This document shows, one piece after another, positions 60,003 to 64,000 of a stretch of 64,000 nucleotides of DNA. Under the pieces are notes generated by a model. The model was given only the letters and a program-made list of their open reading frames with translations. It was not told the DNA's origin and did no database searches. Both the position numbers and the translations under genes were made by a program. Position 1 is the stretch's first letter. Each line of letters starts with the position of its first letter. Origin of the DNA: Synechococcales cyanobacterium SupBloom_Metag_052 (GTDB lineage: Bacteria > Cyanobacteriota > Cyanobacteriia > PCC-6307 > Cyanobiaceae); the NCBI GenBank assembly GCA_016463595.1, contig JAEMQZ010000002.1, positions 588 through 64,587 of the forward strand, written 5' to 3'.

Positions 60003-60704
60003 ATGCAACTGCCATCCGCCTTGGCCCCCCTGCTTTCCCTTCCCAGGCTGTTCTGGGCCCTGCTGCTCACCCTGGCCTGCCTCTTGCCCGCCCAGGGGGC
60101 CCTCGCCATGGGTGTCCAGGAGTTCCCCGCCAAGCCGCCGATGGTCCGGGTTATCGACACGGCCGACCTGCTCAGCCGCGCCGCGATCACCGACCTCGAC
60201 CATCGGCTAGCTGCCCTTGAGGAAGACCACATCCAGGCCAGGCTCGTGACCCTGCGCCGCCTGGACTACGGCCTGGATCTCGCCGACTTAGGCCACCAGC
60301 TCCTGGAACGCTGGCAAGGCGACGGCAACGCCATCGAGGATGGCCAGCTTGTCCTACTGATCGAGGCCCAGAACAACACCGCAGCGGTGGTGGTCTCAAA
60401 CGATCTGCTGGACCAGTTGCCCGCCAGCCTGCTCTCCAGCACGGGCACGAGCACCATGGGCTTGCCCCTGCGTGAAGGGGCCCGCTATCGCCAAGCCTCG
60501 ATCGATGGCATTGATCGGCTGGCGTCGGTGCTGAGGGATGGCCAAGATCCGGGCCCGCCCCAACTGATCGAACGACTAGCGCTGGAGTCGAACGTGCCCA
60601 GCCGGGATGAAACCCAATCCAGTAATGCCCTGACATGGGTGGTTGTTTTACTCACCCTGGGCACACTGGTGCCGATGATCACCTGGTGGGTCTTCTCCCG
60701 TTAA
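60003..60704 (+). CDS. TPM-domain protein (TLP18.3/Psb32-like) with a C-terminal TM anchor
   Basis: Signal peptide, then VIDTADLLSRAAITDLDHRLAALEEDH...LVLLIEAQNNTAAVVVS. C-terminal helix WVVVLLTLGTLVPMITWWVF. Confidence 0.65.
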   Translation: MQLPSALAPLLSLPRLFWALLLTLACLLPAQGALAMGVQEFPAKPPMVRVIDTADLLSRAAITDLDHRLAALEEDHIQARLVTLRRLDYGLDLADLGHQLLERWQGDGNAIEDGQLVLLIEAQNNTAAVVVSNDLLDQLPASLLSSTGTSTMGLPLREGARYRQASIDGIDRLASVLRDGQDPGPPQLIERLALESNVPSRDETQSSNALTWVVVLLTLGTLVPMITWWVFSR

Positions 60705-60711
60705 CGCGACT

Positions 60712-61854
60712 ATGGCGCTGACTGACTGGATGACGGCCTTTGAACGGGCCCAGGCCTCGGACCTGACCAGCGATCTTGAGCGGGCCTATGAAGCGGCCTT
60801 GCTGATCCAGGGTTTCGAACTGGAGTACTACAACGATCGGCCGGTGCGGCCCGAGCTGGAGCTCGGTATTCCGCGCCAGATCCAGGCCCAGATGTTGCGC
60901 AGTTTCAAGTCGGCCTTGAAGCTCTGCCGCTCCTCCCTAGAAGAGCTGGAACAGAAACGCGGCCAGCTCGATGGCCAGGAACATCGCCAGTTGCAACTGA
61001 TTGAAAGCGTTGTAGCCCGCTACGGCCGGACCAGCCCCCTACCCAGCATGAGCCGCTCGCCGAATGTGCTGCCCAGTAGCTTCTTAAACGTGTTCGATGG
61101 CGTAAGGCGCCAACTTGATCCGGAGGCGGAGGCCACAATCGTGGCTGGCTTCCGTCGCCGCCGTGATTCTACTCTGGTTTCCCTGCGGATTCTATTGCTC
61201 TTGATCCTGGTGCCCCTGCTGATCCAGCAGATGAGCCGCAATCTAGTGGTTTCGCCGCTTGTGGATTTATATTCTAAGGATATGCCGATTCTGAGTTATC
61301 CCCAGCCGCATCTGCAGCAGGAAGCGATCAGAAAATTACGCTTTTATCAATCCGAAGTTGAGTTTGAAGCCCTGCTGGCCGGCGCAACACCACCCAGCCG
61401 CGATCAAATGCAGGCAGCCTTGGCTGAAAAGGCTGAAGAGCTCAGAAAAGATGCTGATCGAGAAAGCAATGACGCCATCAAGAACATTATTTCAGATGCC
61501 CTTGGCTTCTTTGGCTTTGTGCTTGTTTGCCTTTTTGGAAAACGTGACATCCAAGTACTAAAGGGTTTTCTCGATGAAGTTCTTTATGGGTTGAGCGATA
61601 GTGCCAAGGCTTTTACGATTATTCTATTTACCGATATTTTCGTAGGTTTCCACAGCCCCGAAGGTTGGACCGTGCTGCTGGAGGGTGTCGAAGCTCATTT
61701 TGGCATCGCCCACCATGAAAGCTTCATCATGTTGTTCATCGCCACCTTCCCGGTGGTGCTGGCCACAATCTTGAAATATTGGATCTTCCGCTATCTCAAC
61801 CGGGTATCGCCTTCGTCGGTGGCAACCCTGCACAGCATGAATGGAAGTGGTTGA
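60712..61854 (+). CDS. cemA: Proton extrusion protein PxcA (CemA family)
   Basis: The C-terminal part FTDIFVGFHSPEGWTVLLE...PVVLATILKYWIFRYLNRVSPSSVATLHSMN is typical of CemA. Confidence 0.85.
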   Translation: MALTDWMTAFERAQASDLTSDLERAYEAALLIQGFELEYYNDRPVRPELELGIPRQIQAQMLRSFKSALKLCRSSLEELEQKRGQLDGQEHRQLQLIESVVARYGRTSPLPSMSRSPNVLPSSFLNVFDGVRRQLDPEAEATIVAGFRRRRDSTLVSLRILLLLILVPLLIQQMSRNLVVSPLVDLYSKDMPILSYPQPHLQQEAIRKLRFYQSEVEFEALLAGATPPSRDQMQAALAEKAEELRKDADRESNDAIKNIISDALGFFGFVLVCLFGKRDIQVLKGFLDEVLYGLSDSAKAFTIILFTDIFVGFHSPEGWTVLLEGVEAHFGIAHHESFIMLFIATFPVVLATILKYWIFRYLNRVSPSSVATLHSMNGSG

Positions 61855-62545
61855 TTGGGGCGTGCGGGATCGCGTCAAAAGCCAATCCGCCATCGGGCCT
61901 AACAGAGGAGGGCTGATTCTCGTCAGCGGGCCCAGCCGCAGTGGCAAAAGTCGCTGGGCCGAGCATCTTGCCGATCGCAGTGGTTTACCGGTGACCTATC
62001 TGGCGACCGGTGCCGATCGTCCTGGTGATCGGCCCTGGCAGCAGCGAGTGCTTCTGCATCGTCAACGGCGTCCACCCCACTGGACAACCCTGGAGGTTGG
62101 CGGTGAGCTCGAAGCAGCGCTTGAGCACCTAGGACTGGAGTCAGACGACCTTGCCTCGTTGGATTTGGATGGATTTGAACAAGCGATGGGGCTGTCCATC
62201 TCCAGCGAGCCTGGTGCCCCAAGGGCGGTGAATCCCTCAAAACTCCTGCTCATTGATTCGCTTGGCACCTGGCTAGCCCACCATTTAGACCTGGATGAAT
62301 CCGCCTGGTTCCAGCGCCAGGAGCGGTTGCTGCGGGCCCTCCACCAGCAGGGCTCTCCGGTGGTGTTGGTGTGTGAGGAGGTTGGTTGGGGGGTGGTGCC
62401 GCCTACGGCCATTGGGGGCCTGTTCCGCGATCGAATTGGCAGCCTGCAGCAACGGCTGATGCAGCAGGCTGCAGCGGCCTGGTTGGTGGTGCAGGGGCGG
62501 GCGCTCAACCTGATGGCCCTGGGCGAGCCCGTGCCCCCCGCCTGA
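61841..62545 (+). CDS. cobU: Adenosylcobinamide kinase / adenosylcobinamide-phosphate guanylyltransferase
   Basis: P-loop ILVSGPSRSGKSRWAE. Also LLIDSLGTWLAHHL and VVLVCEEVGWGVVP. It overlaps the cemA end by 14 nt. Confidence 0.8.
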   Translation: MEVVDWGVRDRVKSQSAIGPNRGGLILVSGPSRSGKSRWAEHLADRSGLPVTYLATGADRPGDRPWQQRVLLHRQRRPPHWTTLEVGGELEAALEHLGLESDDLASLDLDGFEQAMGLSISSEPGAPRAVNPSKLLLIDSLGTWLAHHLDLDESAWFQRQERLLRALHQQGSPVVLVCEEVGWGVVPPTAIGGLFRDRIGSLQQRLMQQAAAAWLVVQGRALNLMALGEPVPPA

Positions 62546-62566
62546 TCCCAGCGTCCGATCCCTCCC

Positions 62567-63037
62567 ATGCCCCAGGTTGTGCTGTTTCAGCCCCAGATCC
62601 CCCCCAATACCGGCAACGTGGCCCGCACCTGCGCCGCCACCAACAGCGAGCTGCACCTGATCGAGCCTTTGGGGTTCGAAATCAATGACCGGCAGCTGCG
62701 CCGCGCTGGCCTGGATTACTGGCCCTGGGTCAAGCTCCATCGCCACGCCGATTTCGCCGCCTTCAGCCAGCACCGGCTGGAGCGGGGGGGGCGTCTGCTC
62801 GCCCTCAGCCGCCAAGGCGCCCGTCCCTACGCCCAGGAACGGTTTGCTGCCAACGACTGGCTGCTCTTCGGTCGCGAAACCGACGGGCTGCCCCAGGAGG
62901 TGCTTCAGGCCTGCAGCCAATGCCTGGCGATCCCGATGGCGGGCTCGATCGAGCGCGGCGGCGGCGTGCGCAGCCTCAACCTCTCCGTTGCCGTGGGGGT
63001 GGTTCTCTTCGAAGCCTTGCGGCAACTGGAGTCTTAG
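62567..63037 (+). CDS. trmL: tRNA (cytidine/uridine-2'-O-)-methyltransferase, SpoU/TrmL type
   Basis: Motifs PQIPPNTGNVARTCAAT, LLFGRETDGLP and RSLNLSVAVGVVLFEA. Confidence 0.85.
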   Translation: MPQVVLFQPQIPPNTGNVARTCAATNSELHLIEPLGFEINDRQLRRAGLDYWPWVKLHRHADFAAFSQHRLERGGRLLALSRQGARPYAQERFAANDWLLFGRETDGLPQEVLQACSQCLAIPMAGSIERGGGVRSLNLSVAVGVVLFEALRQLES

Positions 63038-63190
63038 GCCTGGGATTGGGTTCCCTACGGGCCGATTTTTCCAGGGTCCGACTAAAACTGTGGCCATTGT
63101 GACTTGCGGTAACAGGTTCCACCCGTTAATCTCTGCGCGACCCAGTACTGGCGGCTTCACGTCTGGGTCTTGTCCAATGGATTTTTTTGC

Positions 63191-64000
63191 ATGAAGCCTT
63201 GCTTATGGACCGGAACCAGCCTCGGAGTCACCAGCTTGCTTGCGGTGGCTGGCACGATCGCTGGTCCCGGACTGGCTGACAACAGGGCTTCCTTCAACCT
63301 TGATTCCCTTCCCAGCCCGGTTCAACCAATCCAGCTGGCCTCCCTCCCCCCCAGCTCCGACCACCTCTGGGTCAAAATTCGCTCCGATGTCCAGCTTGAA
63401 GAGCTGGCCACCCAGCTCTCGGTCAACGAAACCCAACTAGCCCGCCTCAATGAGGTGAATGAAGACCACCGGTTCCTCACCGGTGACTGGCTGGTCTTGC
63501 CGACGGCCTCCAGCCGAAAAGCTAAAAACCTGTCCTCTCTCGATACCAGCGCCCTGAGGCGCACGCCCCCGATCCAGGCACCGCCGCCGCTCGAGCCGTC
63601 CGCCGTCGTGCGTTTCGGTGACACCCTGCGCCAAATCGCCCAACGCACCGGCGTGTCGCTGGCCGATCTGACCAGGCTCAATCCCGGCTTGGAAGCAGCC
63701 CGTCTTGTAGTGGGCTCCCAGATTCGGGTGGCCCAGTCAGCCAGCAACCGCACCGCCAGCGTGCTGGGCATTGCTCCCACCACCAGCGGTGGCTTGAGCT
63801 GGCCAGAGCTGCCCAGCTTTGGCGAGCCCCAGGGTTCTGAGGGCGCCGGGACCAATACTGTTCCCTTGAATGCAAGCGGCTGGATCTGGCCCACCCAGGG
63901 AATTTTTTCCTCTGGCTATGGCTGGCGCTGGGGCCGCATGCACAAGGGCATCGATGTGGCCAACACCATCGGCACTCCCATCCTGGCTGCCAAGGCTGGC
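63191..64000 (+). CDS. LysM-repeat M23 family metallopeptidase, 3' end cut by the window edge (absent from the supplied ORF track)
   Basis: I translated by hand from ATG 63191 with no stop through 64000. It has a signal peptide, two LysM-like segments (VKIRSDVQLEELATQLSVNETQLARLN and VRFGDTLRQIAQRTGVSLADLTRLNPG), then M23 motifs GYGWRWGRMHKGIDVANTIGTPILAAKAG. Confidence 0.85.
   Translation, partial: MKPCLWTGTSLGVTSLLAVAGTIAGPGLADNRASFNLDSLPSPVQPIQLASLPPSSDHLWVKIRSDVQLEELATQLSVNETQLARLNEVNEDHRFLTGDWLVLPTASSRKAKNLSSLDTSALRRTPPIQAPPPLEPSAVVRFGDTLRQIAQRTGVSLADLTRLNPGLEAARLVVGSQIRVAQSASNRTASVLGIAPTTSGGLSWPELPSFGEPQGSEGAGTNTVPLNASGWIWPTQGIFSSGYGWRWGRMHKGIDVANTIGTPILAAKAG

Noticed and set aside
63038-63190. 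A c-di-AMP (ydaO-type) or other riboswitch upstream of the LysM/M23 peptidase.
   Set aside because: The expected conserved ACGGGG/CCCGA-type core elements and pseudo-twofold arrangement are not evident. There are only generic weak pairings.

Overview
The window looks like a GC-rich picocyanobacterial chromosome segment of the Synechococcus/Cyanobium type. Supporting this are apcD, cemA/pxcA, hemJ, ycf35, a cyanobacterial-type hfq next to dapF, a dnaK3-like/dnaJ pair and recurrent HIP1 octamers (GCGATCGC). It is densely packed with about 55 protein genes, mostly housekeeping:
- Chaperones.
- Aminoacyl-tRNA synthetases: leuS, pheT, metG.
- B12-related genes: cobN, metH, cobU.
- Biosynthesis and metabolism: ribBA, argC, purN, pgi, dapF, ilvE, gpsA, coaD.
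- DNA repair: uvrC.
- Ribosomal proteins: rpmG, rpsR.
- Cell-wall enzymes: murQ, dacB, SpoIID, LysM-M23.

Many genes are joined by 1-14 nt start/stop overlaps. I found no rRNA, tRNA, CRISPR array, transposase, integrase or recognisable defence gene.

Two ORFs run off the window edges and are incomplete or absent in the ORF track: dnaK at the 5' edge, and a LysM/M23 peptidase starting at 63191.

The only accessory-looking stretch is about 42.1-47.3 kb. It holds a group-3 sigma factor, a small convergent overlapping ORF, a secreted DUF3370-like protein, and an unusual ribbon-helix-helix + J-domain fusion protein. These are followed by a 1.37-kb low-GC, ORF-poor, hairpin-dense region (45960-47329) containing a perfect 15-bp palindrome and a terminator-like element. 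That region is my best candidate for something undescribed, most likely one or more structured non-coding RNAs or a degenerate insertion. I cannot assign it a function from sequence alone, and I cannot claim a new multi-gene system.

Secondary curiosities:
- A Cys-rich C-terminal extension on DapF, next to a cysteine desulfurase.
- Large extensions on RibBA.
- A 112-nt rod-like hairpin, perfect 12-bp hairpins at gene ends, short tandem duplications, and two convergent CDS overlaps.

The numerous long alternative-frame ORFs in the track are treated as GC-rich artefacts.
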